Under the pieces are notes generated by a model. It searched no databases and had not been told where the DNA came from. It saw nothing but the letters and a program-made list of their open reading frames with translations. 64,000 nt of DNA from positions 102,116,001-102,180,000 of the forward strand of contig NC_045697.1 of assembly GCF_009834535.1 (NCBI RefSeq), written 5' to 3'. Position numbers and translations under genes: made by a program. This DNA is from Camelus ferus (lineage: Eukaryota). Below are positions 38,981-52,931 of this stretch, piece after piece (within the stretch, counting starts at the first letter, position 1; each line of letters starts with the position of its first letter).

Positions 38981-41900
38981 TCACTAAACCAGTCCATCAC
39001 GAAACTAGATAGATGGGGAAGGGTGGGTATGTGAAGCAAAGTCAAAATGGAGCGCAATTTGAATTGGGGTGGAATGGCGATGTGTTTAGAACTCAGCTGG
39101 TCAAAACAGGTGAGCTAAGTTAGGTGATTCTGCAAAGGAAGGCTCGTTGCGTTCAGCGACCTTTTCAATTGTAAGATGGGTTAAATCTAGGAGGGTCTAC
39201 AAAAATCAAAAATCAGCCTCCTAAGCAGAAAACACACATTTCTATGGCAAATCAGTCATGGGAGAGGTTTTCTTGGCTAAAGACGGGCTCTGAGCATAAA
39301 AGAGATACAGGTGAAACCTGCCCCACAGAGTGATCTTTGATGAGAGCAGCTGCAAGTTTGAGATGTAACAATGGGGACTCTCTGAAGGGGCTGACTCGTC
39401 ACCTGGGAGGGCACGGCTCTTTCCTCTCGCATCACAGATCCTGAGCTAAGGCACTGCTTCAGTTCTCAAGTCCATCTCTGTCCCTTCTCCCCAAGATTAC
39501 TTACTTAAAAAGCTGCCTCTAAAGCAGGCTTGACTCTACATGTTCTTTAGACGCAATTCCACTCTTTTTTGGTTAACACTGTTCCAAGAATACTGGGATA
39601 TAAACAGTAATGTGTCATTGTGGGCAGGAAAATGGAAATTCTGCTGGCTTCCCTACTTTCATTTCCATCCCTTGACTTAGGGGTGGTATTTGAAATATAA
39701 AAATGCACTCAAAAAGTCAGCTTTCTAAAGAGATCTTTCTAAAGTTTTGTCTATTCTTGATGTTCACAGCAATTTTTTCAAAGTTTCATCTATAAAAATA
39801 CTGTATCTACATGAACAACTTTTCCTTTTCTTTGATAGGGTCACTTTTAAACAGGCTGGAAATCAGAGTCAGGAAAATGAAATAAAACTCTTGAGTTTTT
39901 CTTCATCCATATTCTCATGTATTCTTGAGATTTTCACATTTGCCACTGATGATAGTGACAAAATTAATTAAAGGCAAAATGAATTAGTATCTTACCATCT
40001 AAAATTTCTCCCTTGTTCCTGTGTTTTCTTACTTTTCTGAAGAAAAATACTTAGAAAATGTCTGCATTGTGACCTCTGGGTTTATTGCTCTGAGTGAAAA
40101 ACAGGGCAAAAGAAAGTTAAGTTATTGGAAATGCTGTCTACGTTTATTGTGCCCTTTCATTTATGCCTCCTGCTTTTAAGTTTAAACACTTTTGTTTCCA
40201 GGAGAAACAAAGCTTTGCCAATGCTCTGCTAAGGCTCACTTTTCCTCTCAGGACTGGAAGAATTTAATGGTATCCAGAATTACCTATGGTGGTGGAGGGA
40301 GCTGCAGGATGGCCATGAAAGGCATCCTGGGAGAGGCTGAGCTTCTACTTCTTTCACCCGAATTAGGAGCAAAAAATATTAATGTATATCCCCCCCACAA
40401 AGGACAAAAAGGGATCCATTTAAAGAAACAGCTTCCAGAAAGGTCATAGCATTTTAGTGCTGACACTTAGAGTCACCCCACTCCCACCTTATATTCTAAA
40501 TGAAAAAATTAAATTGGTCATTATGTTAGACAAGTTTTGAACATACGCACGGTGTTCTCAAATGCACGTGCTGATCAGTGCTCAAATGAAGACCACTCTG
40601 CACATTTCTAGAGCTCTTTGTGCAGGTTTTTCTTCAAGACCCTCTGCCCTGAGAGCTCCAGCCCCCTCAGCTTTCCTTGGACTCAGCTCTGTCTCCTAAT
40701 CTCTGGGAGACCCTGCAGGATGTCTGGAAGCTCTTCAGGTTTCCTCTCGCTTGGGGGTCACTATCTTGATGCCACCCTGTGTCCAGGGTCTGAAACTCAT
40801 TGTTTCCTATATTTTGTTTGTTGGCTTGTTTATTTAGTATTGTTGTTTCATGTAGGAGAACAAATCTCACCTCTGTTTCTCGGTCTTCCCTCCAGCTGTG
40901 TGATCTAGGCAGCTCACTTCACCTTCTATTTAACAAGTTCTGCTCTTTATTATTTCTTCCTTCTACTTTCTTTTGCTTTTTCTTTCTGTTTTTCTAACTT
41001 TCTTGAGCTCATATTTAGTTAACTTTTAGTCTCTCTAAAGTGACGAATGTTTTCAAGTGTTTAATGTTTTCCTATTTGTTGCTTTATATTCTAGGAAGCT
41101 ATTTAATCATTGTTACGACTTCCTACAGAATCCATTTTATCATCATATGATGGTCTTCTTTATCTCTGAAAAAGCTTTATATGCAAGTTGATTTTGTCTG
41201 ATATTGATACAGCTACACCAACTTTTTATATTTTTTACAGTCTGTTTACTTTTTTATTGAGATTTAATATACATACAGCAAAGAGCCTGGAGGGTGCTAA
41301 TCTTAAGGATTGAGCTCAGTGAAATTTTTCTTAAGTACACAGCCACCATGTATGTGCCCACCACCTGGATCAAGAGAGAATTTTCCAGTGTCCCAGAGAG
41401 TCACCAGCTTTTTTTTCAGTTGGTATTTTCTGTGTACACCTTTTAGTGTCCCTTTACTTTCAACTTCTTTATGTCCTTTTGTTTGAAAGATTTTTCTTTT
41501 AAACAGTATGTGACATTTTCCAAAGTTATAGTATATATATATTTATATTCAACAAATAAAATGTATTTATTTATATAAAGTTATATTAAAATCTAAGTCA
41601 CTAGGTATCAACGTCCTCCATCCTTAGTCTCCCCCAACCCCAGTAAAAGTAGGTTTGCTATATTTATTGAGAATTTCTGTGTGTCTGCAAAACGGTGTCT
41701 TTAACTGCTCATACTGAAAGACTTAATCCGTATTTTATTTTAGTATTTTTCTGGTTTCCTTTTTACATCTTAATCATATTAAATGTATTATGTGGTAAAG
41801 AATAATTAATAGATATCCATTATTTTCCTTCTTGGGGATTCTAACAAGTTTTCTGAATATAAAAAACAATCTGTCTCTTATTGTTGAAAGCCATTCTCCT

Positions 41901-42127
41901 TATGCACTGAATTATTACATACATTCGGGCGTATACATGAGTTACAGTCTCTGTCACATTCTGTTTATCTGAATATCTGTTTCTTTACCTACACTATGCT
42001 CTTTTGATTAACATTTAATTAACAAAGCTTTTTATTATGTTATAATACCTGGCCAGAGAAGTTCCCATTCGTTAGTCTTCATTTTCAGGATTTTCCTGGC
42101 TACTTGCACACATTCATTCTTCTAGAT

Positions 42128-42361
42128 CAGGGTTTCTTACCCTCAGGGTTTCTTACCTTACCAAATGCTGGCATTTTGGGCTGGATGATTATTTGTTGTG
42201 GGGGCCCGTCCTGTGCACTGTAGATGTTTAGCAGCATCCTTGACCTCGACCCACTAAATGCCAGTAACACCACCCCATCAGCTGAGACAACCAAGAATGT
42301 CTTCAAACACTGCTGAAAGTCTCTAGGGCTGGGGGGAAATTGGCCTCTTTGAGAACCACTG
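42128..42361. mobile_element. MER20 (hAT-Charlie DNA transposon)
   Basis: CAG...CTG termini; core CATTTTGGGCTGGATGATTATTTGTTGTGGGGG...GTCCTGTGCACTGTAGATGTTTAGCAGCATCC...GAGAACCACTG. Confidence 0.85.
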
Positions 42362-42389
42362 CCTACTAAACTTTATAATAATTTTGTCA

Positions 42390-42640
42390 GAGGGACAGTA
42401 GAACACAGTGGTTATCTGTGCAGGCTGTGGAGTCAGGCTGCTCTGGGTTTAAATTCTGACTCTGCTGCATACTTATACTCTTGGAAAATTACGTAGGCTC
42501 CATGTGCCTCTGTTTTGTCATCTGTAAAATGGGAATTAATATACCTGACAGAGTTCTTGTGAGAATTAATTGAATTGTTTTGTAAAATGCACAGAACCCT
42601 GCCTGGCATATAGTAGTTTTCAACAAATGTCAATGGTTAT
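42390..42640 (+). mobile_element. MIR SINE (near full length)
   Basis: GGAGTCAGGCTGCTCTGGGTTTAAATTCTGACTCTGC...TCATCTGTAAAATGGGAATTAAT...GCCTGGCATATAGTAG. Confidence 0.8.
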
Positions 42641-42670
42641 TGCTTGTCGTGTTCCAAAATATATCATTAA

Positions 42671-42804
42671 TTTTTAGGGGGAAGAAGGAGGTAATTAGGG
42701 TTATTTATTTATTTATTTAATGGAGGTACTGGGAATTGAACCTAGGGGACCTCATGCATGCTAAGCATGGGCTCTACCACTGAGCTATTTATACCCTTCC
42801 CTCC
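42671..42804 (-). mobile_element. tRNA-derived SINE (camelid Vic-type)
   Basis: Minus strand: A box TAGCTCAGTGG, B box GGTTCAATTCC, then AAAT-rich tail with CCTAATTACCTCC. Confidence 0.85.
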
Positions 42805-43602
42805 TAATATCACTGATATTTTAACTGCATTGCATTTATAGGTTGATCTGGAGGAGAATCGATCTCTTTATGACATTACAGCCTCCTTTCCAAGGACCTG
42901 CCATGATTTAAGAGCTCTCCTCTAGATTCCTCAGTAGCTTCACAGTTTTCTTCACAAGGTCATGCTTCTTTCTTAAACAGCACAAGTGAATAAAAAATAG
43001 AAGTAGGACCCTTCCAAATTCCTCTGTGTACTTCTTGCAGCTCTGCCCTGTGCCCTTACATAGATATGTTATGCCAGCTCCAGTGCCCTCTCTCCATTTG
43101 GTCCAAAGCAGATATTCTACAGATTTCTAGTGTGAAATTGGGGTTATTTCCTAATTTAGGATGCTATTAACTTTTAAAAAATACTTTTATTTATTCTTTT
43201 GGTTCATCTAAACATATTTCAAATAGAAGGAATTTGTGAATGTTTTCTTAAACTGCCAACTTCTCTTGACATGCTCGACTTTTTGAAGAACTCCTTAAAA
43301 TTATTCTTTTTGTTCACCTGTTTTTAAATAGTCTGCTAATGTGTGGTGTTTCCAAATGATGTATCATTTTATCCCTTTTTATTAGGTGAGTGATGTGAAT
43401 AGTGAATTTGGGATTGGGAGCAACTGTTTTGTTGGAAATCAACCAGGAACTGATACAAAATGGACTGTGATTTTTACCTTTTATGCAATTGTTTGGACTT
43501 CTTACAACCTCATGGCATTTTCTTTAGTATTTACCACTAAACAAGTAAAGTGGATTAATAACCGCCATTCCCCTCCTTTCACTAAACTGCACATAGCTCT
43601 TT

Positions 43603-43942
43603 TTTTAAATTGAAGTATAGTTGATTTACAATATTGTGTTAGTTTCAGGTATATAGCAGAGTGATTCAGTTATACATATGTATATTTTTTCAGATTCTTT
43701 TCCATTATAGGTTATTACAAGATATTGACTATAGTTCCCTGTGCTGTACAGCAGGTCCTTATTGTTCATTTACTTTATATATAGTTCATTTGCTGCAACA
43801 TGGATGGACCTAGAGAATATCTTACTAAGTAAAGTAATTCAGACAGAGAAAGACATATTATACAATACCACTTGCCTGTGGAATCTAAAAAATAATACTA
43901 TTGAATTATTTACAAAACAAAAACAGACTCAGAGACATAGAA
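43603..43942 (-). mobile_element. L1 3' end with 5' inversion and 10-bp TSD
   Basis: Antisense 3' end to ~43785, then a sense segment (CATTTGCTGCAACATGGATGGACCTAGAG...); TSD ATAGCTCTTT at 43593-43602 and 43943-43952. Confidence 0.9.
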
Positions 43943-46249
43943 ATAGCTCTTTACAAAAAAAGAAGAACTGTGGTTGCCTCTAGCAAACAGGCCCATGTAC
44001 TTGATATATAAACACACTAATTGCCTTTTTTTTTTCACACTTTTGAAGGTGATAGGATAAATCACTAAACATTTCATGGTATCTGAGGAGGATGAATCTG
44101 TTAGGCTGATGCTTTCTTGCTTGGGGACAGTATGTGCACCATGTGGTCCTGTCTATCTGCCATAAAACTCCATCTCCACCTCCCATCAATTGCTTTAATC
44201 AGTGCTCCTGTGGTGGGATGGCACAGGCAAACACTGAGGTCTTGCTACTCATCCCTTTAGAAATTGTCTTTCAGTGTCATTTTGTTCTTAGTAATTTTTC
44301 TTCGTATTGTCTGCAGTCATTTATTTTCTTTTATTCTACCATTGACCTACCCAAATGTTTTCCTTGCTTTTCTTTGTGTAACTTTATTTCCAGCTTGTCT
44401 GCAATTCTCTTGTATAAATGATACTAGTATAAACAGTATAAATGATAGAGGAAATATATCAGTCTTACAGAAAAAAGTTCCTACAGATGTGTGTGTAGGG
44501 TATAAGATAAGAAGAAGTAATCAGTATATAACAGCATATGTCTGCCTTTTAAGGTTTTAATACTTATTAGAATTTATAAAAAGGATAAATGAATGGGCGT
44601 TTTGGAGCATCTGGATGATACTGTTGTTTTCATTTGCATTTTAAAACATGAATGAGGCTGAAAGTAAATTAGTGCAATTTTGAAATATATGTGCCTAAAA
44701 ATTTGAATAGAAGTTTGTTGGTCAGAAGGTATAATGAGTTTTGGCCAATTTAGATGCTTTGAAAAACAACATTGAAGTATTAAATGTTTTTATAAGAAGT
44801 GATCATTGCTCTAGCACATTTTATATGTCTTAAGAAAGTATTTGAAACTTTCTAGTCAGTCTGTCAGTCATGCTACAGATATTTTTAAGTGATATCTCCC
44901 TCTGTCTCATTCTTCTAGGCACATAGAGGCCCCCAGAGTAATTTCCCTCAAAAGCGTACATGCTGGTATCTGTGGGTGTGTAAGTGGCATGTAATAAGTG
45001 GGTAAGCTAATGCTAAGGGGTTTGCTGAGACTACCCCTATTTTCTTGTAGTTGTGCACTCAGATCCACAACCAAGAGTAAGAAAGACTGAGGACCACCTC
45101 ACTCTTCAGAGAACTATTGAGTTGCTGCTCACTGTTGGTGCTGGACCTCCTCTCAGGGCTTTCATAGCATTTGTAGAACCAGACCTTCTGCCAGATCGGG
45201 GTGTACAAGTGAGGAAAGTGGCTGGGAGAGATTCACTAGCACTTCCTTGTCAGGGACCTGGTGGGAATGTATGGCCAGCCGTGATTCCCACTTCACCCCA
45301 TGGTGAATGGGAGAAGGGTGCTCTCCATTTGCAGAAATCTAAGTGGGAAAAGAGAAAGGGAAACTGAAAGAAAATTGGGGATGCTTGCAAAAATGTGGGT
45401 GAGACTAACATTCTGTTTAACGCTGGAAGGCTGTTTGGGCAGCATTTCACCAGTGTGCTCCTATTCCTACCTGAGTGGGGGAGGAGAATTGAGGCTGAAC
45501 AGTGGGGTCAGAGAAGGGCAGTAGTTGAGCATCTGAACACCATTCATTTGGTGTGTAAAGATGCTAGAATATCCAAAATATCAAGTGGAAAGTGGCTGAA
45601 GAATTACCCTGCTAGTACCTTACACAAGAAGCCTGCCTCCAAGCCAGGGGACACCAAGAGTAAGAGCCTTGGTTTAAGAACTTGGTGATGAGAATTGAAC
45701 AAGAATAGAAGAGGCAAAGCTGGCATGAATCCCCCTCTCTGACTTTGAGAAGCCCAGAATTGTACTTTGACTCCCAGAGTCCACTGGTGGCCAGACTGTG
45801 TAAGCCAGCTCAGCCATTGCCACCATTAAGCACATGACCACGACCACCTACTTTAAGTCAAAAGATGTCCTCTTCCTGCTTTCTGTTCTCTACTTCCAAC
45901 CCCAGAGGAGCTAAAGCCTAGAAGGAGGAGGGTAGCCACAGAGCTTTGAATTAGGAACAAGATTAGCATTTTGAAACTGGAAGAGTTTTAATAGCAAGAG
46001 ACTAGAACGTTTATCTCTCTGTGATGACATTAAGGAATAAGAAAGGCATATTCCATATAGTGTATGTGAATAAAAGATGGAATCTTTTTTACCCTATTGA
46101 AGTGAGACTTCTCAGTAACCAGTTAACAAATGAAGAGCATAGTCCTAGGAACTGAGTGCTAGGAAGAAAATAAAGGAAAGAAATGAGATGGAGTTGAGTG
46201 GAGTCCGGGAGAGAGAGGAAACTGCTTTACCTCGGCTAGGCTGGGAGAC

Positions 46250-46770
46250 CTATTTCATTCAACAACATTTTACTGAGTTTTTCCATATTCCACTCACTGT
46301 GTTCAGGTTTGGGGATATCGTTGTAAACAAAGCAAACAAACAAACAAAATCACCAACAATCTTCTTTGAAGATGTGAGACAGGAATGATTATAAGAGGGC
46401 AGCCCAACAAAGGTAAGAGAGAAAAAGGAGAAAAAAAAAAAGAATAAAGTTCCTGAGAAAGGAGCAAGTGAAGTGTGTTGGAGTTCAGGAACAGGATTTG
46501 GCTGGAGCCTCATAAACAAGAAAGAGGGTTGGAGAGTGGGTGGGGGAGGGAAGGTAAGGCTGGCCATGTAGACAGGTTAGGTCCTTGAAGAGCGTGCTAA
46601 GAAGTGGGGGTTTTACTCTGGTGTGATGGGAGGCCCATTGGAGATTTTAAGTAGGGAGAGTATATGATCTAACTTATGTTTTAGAAAGATTACTCTCATT
46701 GCTTTGTGATGGAGAGAGTACAAGAAATGTGAGTAGAGGCTGGAAGACAAAAGATGAGGCTGATACAGAT
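46250..46770 (-). mobile_element. LINE-2 3' portion
   Basis: TTCATTCAACAACATTTTACTGAG tail; GGAGGCCCATTGGAGATTTTAAGTAGGGAGAG...TTAGAAAGATTACTCT. Confidence 0.7.
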
Positions 46771-47740
46771 AATCTCACATATGCTTTTCAGTTAGTTATA
46801 AATGATGGTGGTCACTTTTCAGTGCCCCTTTTCTTTAATTTCAAAATGCCTAGGGATGGGGGTACTTTGACATAAGGAAATTAAAATATTAAGCACCTTT
46901 ACTCTTTAGTAGAACTAGAAATAATTTAATTGATTAAGGTTAAGTAAGACATTAAACTGATTGCTTTTGATTTAAAGATAATATCTTTTAGCTGAGAATG
47001 GAACTAATTTTCATATGGTTGGCAATATTTGAAATAATTACTCAACTTCAGTTGAAAGAAAAGGTCTAAAAATTACTTTGTTTTCCTCAGAGCACATCAC
47101 CCGCAAGAGAGAAGAGCCATGAGAAAGGTCAAGGACGTCCTCTGAGTAACTTAAGTAGAGGCTGGAATAACAAATTCCCCAACATATGGTGCCCTGATAG
47201 CATTTGGCAAAACCATTTGGAAGAGACCCAAACTGAGACAGCAGTTCTAGTTAATAAGCTTCATTGAGAGATGTTCATCAACTAATAATGTGAACTCAAG
47301 TTGAACTCAGGTCATAAAACTTGGAAAAATGGACTTTGGGAAATTGTATTCTTCATCGCAGAATGATTGACCTAAGCGTGAGATCAATTCTAAGAATGAC
47401 TGTAAGGGACAGATAAGTTCAAAGCCAAGCTCAGAAAAATAGGAACCACTCAACAAAGTTCATCATCTCAAATTCTATTCCCAAACCCATCTGTAGGGAA
47501 GAACTTTTTGGATCCCTGCTGTGGAAGTGAAATTCTTGTCTCTGATTTGAACTGGGAGTCACAGTTCTCAGTAAGACACAATTAAACAGTCTCTGAAACA
47601 TGTTAGATATGCAACAGAGTGAACGAACTTGTAGATTTGGATGACTGTTTTTATCAATCATAAGTAAAACCCCATGTAGATTAATGTATTCTCTCCACTA
47701 GGGAAATGTGTTTTAGCATCAGTCTTGACATGATTTTTTT

Positions 47741-47878
47741 TCTTTTCTTTTTTTTTTTTTTTGCAGAGGTGGGTAATTAGGTTCACTTATTTATTTTTTT
47801 CATGGAGGTACTGAGGATTGAACCCAGGACCTCATGCATGCTAGGCATGCAGTCTGCCACTTTAGCTATACCCTCTCC
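47741..47878 (-). mobile_element. tRNA-derived SINE (camelid Vic-type)
   Basis: Minus strand GGAGAGGGTATAGCTAAAGTGG...GGTCCTGGGTTCAATCCTCAGTACCTCC, A tail; TSD TGATTTTTTT on both flanks. Confidence 0.88.
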
Positions 47879-48822
47879 TGATTTTTTTTTTTTAATTTGA
47901 AAAAGTTAATGACTTTTTATTGTATCTTTTTCTTTAAAAATATAATACAGGCTTATTATAGAAAACTTAGAAGGTAGGAAAATGTGAAAAGAAGACAACT
48001 AAAATTAGTTATGATACCTTCATCTAGACAGACAGACAGACACACACACCAGGAGCTCTTATCATGGGGTCCATCTGTAATCTTTTAAACATAACAACAA
48101 ACACCATTCCTTGTTACTAAACCTGACAGATCACAGCATAATGTGACTGTTAAGCAGCGTCCTGAGGCTTCCAGTGTACTCTGGATTTTAGACATTTGAG
48201 GTGGTCACTTGGGAAGGTCACAGTATGTATACAGTTATTCGTATGCTGATGCTGAACAACAGAGATTTGTGACGGTCTTCCCCTTAATCAAAGAAAGGCA
48301 CGTGGCCGGTGGCCAGGGCCTGCCACCCCTTGCCTTTCAGGACAGGGGAGAAGAAGCCTGGGACGCCCCTCCCCCAGCTCCTCAGTAAGGCAGTCATGGC
48401 GGCTGGTGTGTGGGGTGGGAGGGCGTTCTGCACATGGTGACACTAGAGCCTGTGGTTTTGACTTTCCTTCCTGCGAGTATGGGCCTCATGGCGTCCTTGG
48501 GAGATTTGTGACCCAGCGTTCTCAGCAGGACATGCCATCATCCCCGGAGGTCACTGGAAAGTCAGGCCCTTCTCTGTGTGTGCCCACCCCTCTGCCTGCC
48601 ATTCTCTTCACTGTTGGAAGACTCTGCACTCCTGGCAGGTGCTTTATAATCGAGATCCACTCATACCAATGGAAGCCCGTCAGAAACCCTGGTTAGAGAC
48701 AAAGATCTGAGTTAAACTCAGTCCCTGCTCTCAAAGAGATCACAGTAGAAAAACTTCCTCTTTTGCTTGTTTTAAGTCACAGGGCAGTTTTAGCCACTAG
48801 GCACCTGGGGTATTTGAATCTT

Positions 48823-49091
48823 TTTTTTTTTTTTCCCTCTGTGGTAACTTTTTTTATTTTTTATTTTTTTTGATTGAAGTATAGTCAGTTTACAATGTGC
48901 CAGTTTCTGGTGTACAGCATAATGCTTCAGTCATACATGAACATACATATATTCCTTTTCATTATAGGTTACTAAAAGATACTGAATATAATTCCCTGTG
49001 CTGTACAGTAGAAACTTGTTGTCTATCTTATATATAGTAGTTAGCGTCTGCAAATCTCGAACTCCCAGTTTATTCCTTCCCACCTCCTGAG
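48823..49091 (-). mobile_element. Lineage-specific L1 3' end with 8-bp TSD
   Basis: Poly(T)-GATTGAAGTATAGTCAGTTTACAATGTG...; TSD TGAATCTT at 48815-48822 and 49092-49099. Confidence 0.9.
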
Positions 49092-49369
49092 TGAATCTTA
49101 GTTTTTCTCCAACATTTCATTTGCATCCCCTCGTATGTGATTTCATTTGCCTCTAGGCGGCCATCCAGAGTCCAGCCTGAAGTCGTCATTCCCCTTTTGC
49201 AAATTCTCTGCTCTTGGCTATGTTCAGACCTTCATTCTGTCTCAACTATCCCACTGCAATGGGTTTGACATTAAAAAAAAAAAAAAAGGCTGAAAAGAGC
49301 AAATCATCATGGTAATACATGTAAAATTTTTGAAGTCAAATGTTTTTTCATGGCAGCCAACATTAGTTG

Positions 49370-49610
49370 ATCACAAACATTGCACCTGGCACTCTTCAAA
49401 ATGTTTCCTATGTATTAACTCATCCATTCCTCACCTCAGTCTTTTGAGGAGATACTCCTCTTATTATCAACCCATTTTGTGAAAAAGAACAACTGAGTCC
49501 CAGAGACGTTGAAGAACATATCCAAGGCCTCACAACTGGTAAGTGGCAGAACTTGGATTTAAACCCATGTGCCCTGGCCAGTAGACCTGTGCTTTTAACC
49601 ACTGTGCTCT
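49370..49610 (-). mobile_element. MIR SINE
   Basis: CCCATTTTGTG...AACTGAGTCCCAGAGACGTTGAAGAACATATCCAAGGCCTCACAACTGGTAAGTGGCAG. Confidence 0.8.
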
Positions 49611-51177
49611 TTCTTCTGCAGCAGTTCTCCCAGCCTCTCCCCGCTGCTCATCTCTGGGCCTAGGAAACGGCACTCACAGGCAGTCTTGGTATCCCCCCAC
49701 ATAGCTCATTCACTCTAGGGAAGGGGGGGGGCAACCCTACTGCGCTGATCACATTCCCCCTCCTTTGTACTTCATGGGTCAACACTCTAATTTGCTTTCC
49801 ATTTTCTAGATCCTTATTGACATATCCATCTGTTGTTACCATTATTGTTACTCTTTTTTCTGTTCTTTTCATTTTGTTTTTTATCCCTTACTGTTATCAG
49901 ATGGAGAAAATATCAACTCACATGTTCATCATGCCTTCTTGAACTCTAAGGCTACTTTTACTCTAGCCCTGGAAAGTGTGATTTGCATTAGGGTTCGTCA
50001 GGTGTGCCTTGTGATCTGACCCCAGCCTACTTTCCCAACCTGGGCTCCTGATTTTATGCTCCATATGTTCTAACTTATTTTTGTGTGTGTATGCCTCATG
50101 TTTTCCTGACTTGGTGTCTCATCTCTGACCATTTGAGTCTTCCCTGAAACCCAGCAGTGAACATGATCGCTCTCCCCTGTCTCAATTCCTGGAATACTTG
50201 TGGTACTTCACTAGTGCTGTGCATCATGGTTTCTCTTTTAGTGTAATCATTCCTATTCATAATCTCATTTCTTTGTTGCACAGAAGCTTCTTCTTAGTAG
50301 TTGGCAGGTCCTTTTGTAGTGGAAGAAACTTGGGCTTGAAATCAAGTACAGTTGTATTCAAATAATAATTCCAAGAGAAAGGAAGATTTAAATTTACAAA
50401 TTCTCAAGAGCCACAGAAAAAGAAAAAGCACTTGGTAGGATTCAGTAACTACTGATGATGAAAAAAAATCTTGTAACAGCTAGAAAAGAGCTTTCTTAAA
50501 CAATGATGGTTATAGACTAAAACTTTACAGGAAATGAAACATCATTCTTAATGGAGACAGTTTAGTTCAGACATAGTCCCTTTAAGAAAAGGAGCAAGAA
50601 GAATGCAAACCATCACTGGCATTAGATGCTGTATTACTGGACATAGTGGCTAAAACAACAGGCCTTAGTCTCTGGCATTTAGCTGTGGTCATGCAACTAA
50701 GTCTGGCCAATGACATGTGTGTGAAGGTTACCCCTTGTACCATTTGCCAGTCTGGCCCAAAAAACTTCATATGAACATCTCTCCATTCTTTTTCCTGGCC
50801 ACCAGGTGATTGGAAAGATGACTTTGCAGACTGAGGAGGCACTATAAGCCTAGATCCCTGCATGACTGTGTGGAACAGAAATCTCTCCTCTCCCCTCCCC
50901 AAAGCACACTGGACACTTCTATGAGCAAAACTGACAACTTTAATAGTGCTGAACCCTTCAATTTTGGGCTCATCTGCTATAGCATTAAGGCTATCTAATA
51001 CAGAAGTAGGGATGCTACCATAGCAAAACTCTGAAATAAATGGCATTGGGTTAGTGTTTACTTGTCAGGAGATGATTATTTGGTGAGTGTTGTCTACAGA
51101 AACTTAGAGGGAATGTGCCTTCTGCACCTGTAGTTTAGAAGGAGCCCAAGTTTTGATATTTGCCGTTTGTTACTGCT

Positions 51178-51686
51178 TGCATGGCTCTTAGCATAACTGA
51201 TGCCATCTCGAGCCCTTACAGTTTCTCCTGTCCTTCTGCTGACCTCCCCCAGAGCTGTACTGTGTGGTAAATCAGTTCTCTATCATCAAATGCCTTGTGG
51301 TTAATGGATACTGGTCAGTAATCCTTAGGATCAACTGGCCTCTGTACTCTGTTAGTCCCCAATGATGAGAACCTTTGCTGACTTGTTCCTGGTTCCCACA
51401 AGACTAGTTACCCATTCATGAATCTTGACTAAGTAATTCACATCCTGTTTCCAAGCACCTGCCCCCTATACCCTAGGTTAACTGTAAATTGTCCCCATGG
51501 CCCCTCAGCAGTGTGGAGTGCAGCTGCGAACAATTCTAGATCGTTGTCCACCTGGTCCTACCCCGTGAGTAAGTAACCCTGTGACAAACTGATCCATTGA
51601 TTCTACGGAGCTGCCTGCCTCATTTTTCGGTCTCAAGATGCCTTCTCAGCTCAGTGGGCACTTTTTGTTCCCTCTGCCATCAAACA
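51178..51686 (+). mobile_element. Solo LTR (ERVL-class, MER73/74-like) nested in the MaLR internal region
   Basis: TG...CA termini; 5-bp TSD CTGCT/TTGCT with one mismatch; TATA-like CCCTATA. Confidence 0.55.
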
Positions 51687-52931
51687 TTGCTTTTAGCAAT
51701 GTATTATAAGAAAAGAATAAGTTCAGGAAAGAACTGGCTTATTTCTAAGAAGAAATTAAGGATCTCCGGGTGTTGGAGAAACCAGATGCTTCTGGACCTG
51801 AAACAATAGGAGATAAGACTGAAAAAGAAGAAAAAGACATCTCAATGCTTCTCATTAGCCAAAAGGATCCAGCCCTATGGCTAAGATTATATCAAGAGTA
51901 TTGTTCATCTTAGCCCATGATTTAAGATATCTCAGAGGAGCTGTCACTAAGTTAGAGGCAAGGATTAATGCAAGTACACAAAGAAATTAAGAAATTTAGA
52001 ATCGTGTCTCAGAAATAACTTTGGGTGCAGTTACAAATGGAGCTGACTGAAAGTGCATTAACTACAAGTCACTTAAGTTTCTAAGGGGTTTTTGTTACCA
52101 AAGTAACCCTGAGCCTGGCTTGAAAAAGCATTTGCCCGTTTCCTCTATGAAACAACCCGGCACCATTAGAAAATGTGTTACAAAGTCTGCATAGCTCTCA
52201 AGGAGGGCACACATCTCAGTGCTCACGTCAAATGTGGCTGTGGTATGTCATCACCAGGAAGAACCTTTCCAAGTGCAAAGCCAGGTACACAGAGAACAAC
52301 GGACATGTGTTCTCCGGCCTGGACTTCACAGTCCTTGCCCATCAATTTCTCATTGCTGTGGACCAGTGACTGACATTTGTTTCACATTCATCTCTTTTCT
52401 TTTTTGGATGGTGGTTTTTATTGCTAATATCCTAGCCCAGCTCCACCATCATGTATGGGGCACGGCAGGGGCAGGTAACTTGTCTTCTTAGTTCCTTGAT
52501 TGTCTGACCGTGAAGAACTATATTTCAACTTGGTGAGGAAACTGAGCTACATGCAGTGACAATGTGGAGAAGAGGAAAGTGTGCTCTGTGTGTGGGAATA
52601 AGGATGTACATGCGTTCTCGTGGCCAGAAGCCTGAGGTTGTGGCAGAGACTGTCAGCTGTCCAGTAAAATCCATTGTACCCTTAGTCCTGGGCACTGGGC
52701 TTTGCCCAGACTCCCTTGCAGTTAAGTGAGCCGTGTGAGTACTGATCAACAGAATGTGAGTGGGGATGATATGTCCCCCCCCCCCCTTTTAGTTCTTACT
52801 GATTAAACTTCCCACGTGTGGTCCTTTTTACTGTTTCCCTCTTCTGGTGGACTAGACTAGTGATGCCCAGGGCAACTTTGAAAACCATGTGTTGAAGGTG
52901 ACAAAGGTGCTTTTGGCTTAGATTCATGAAT

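Noticed and set aside
42725..42800. tRNA gene (also 47805-47878)
   Set aside because: A and B boxes are present but followed by SINE-type AT-rich tails and flanked by target duplications; these are tRNA-derived SINEs.
50582..51046. 154-aa ORF, longest in the track
   Set aside because: Antisense to an MLT1 LTR with no recognisable domain; chance ORF.
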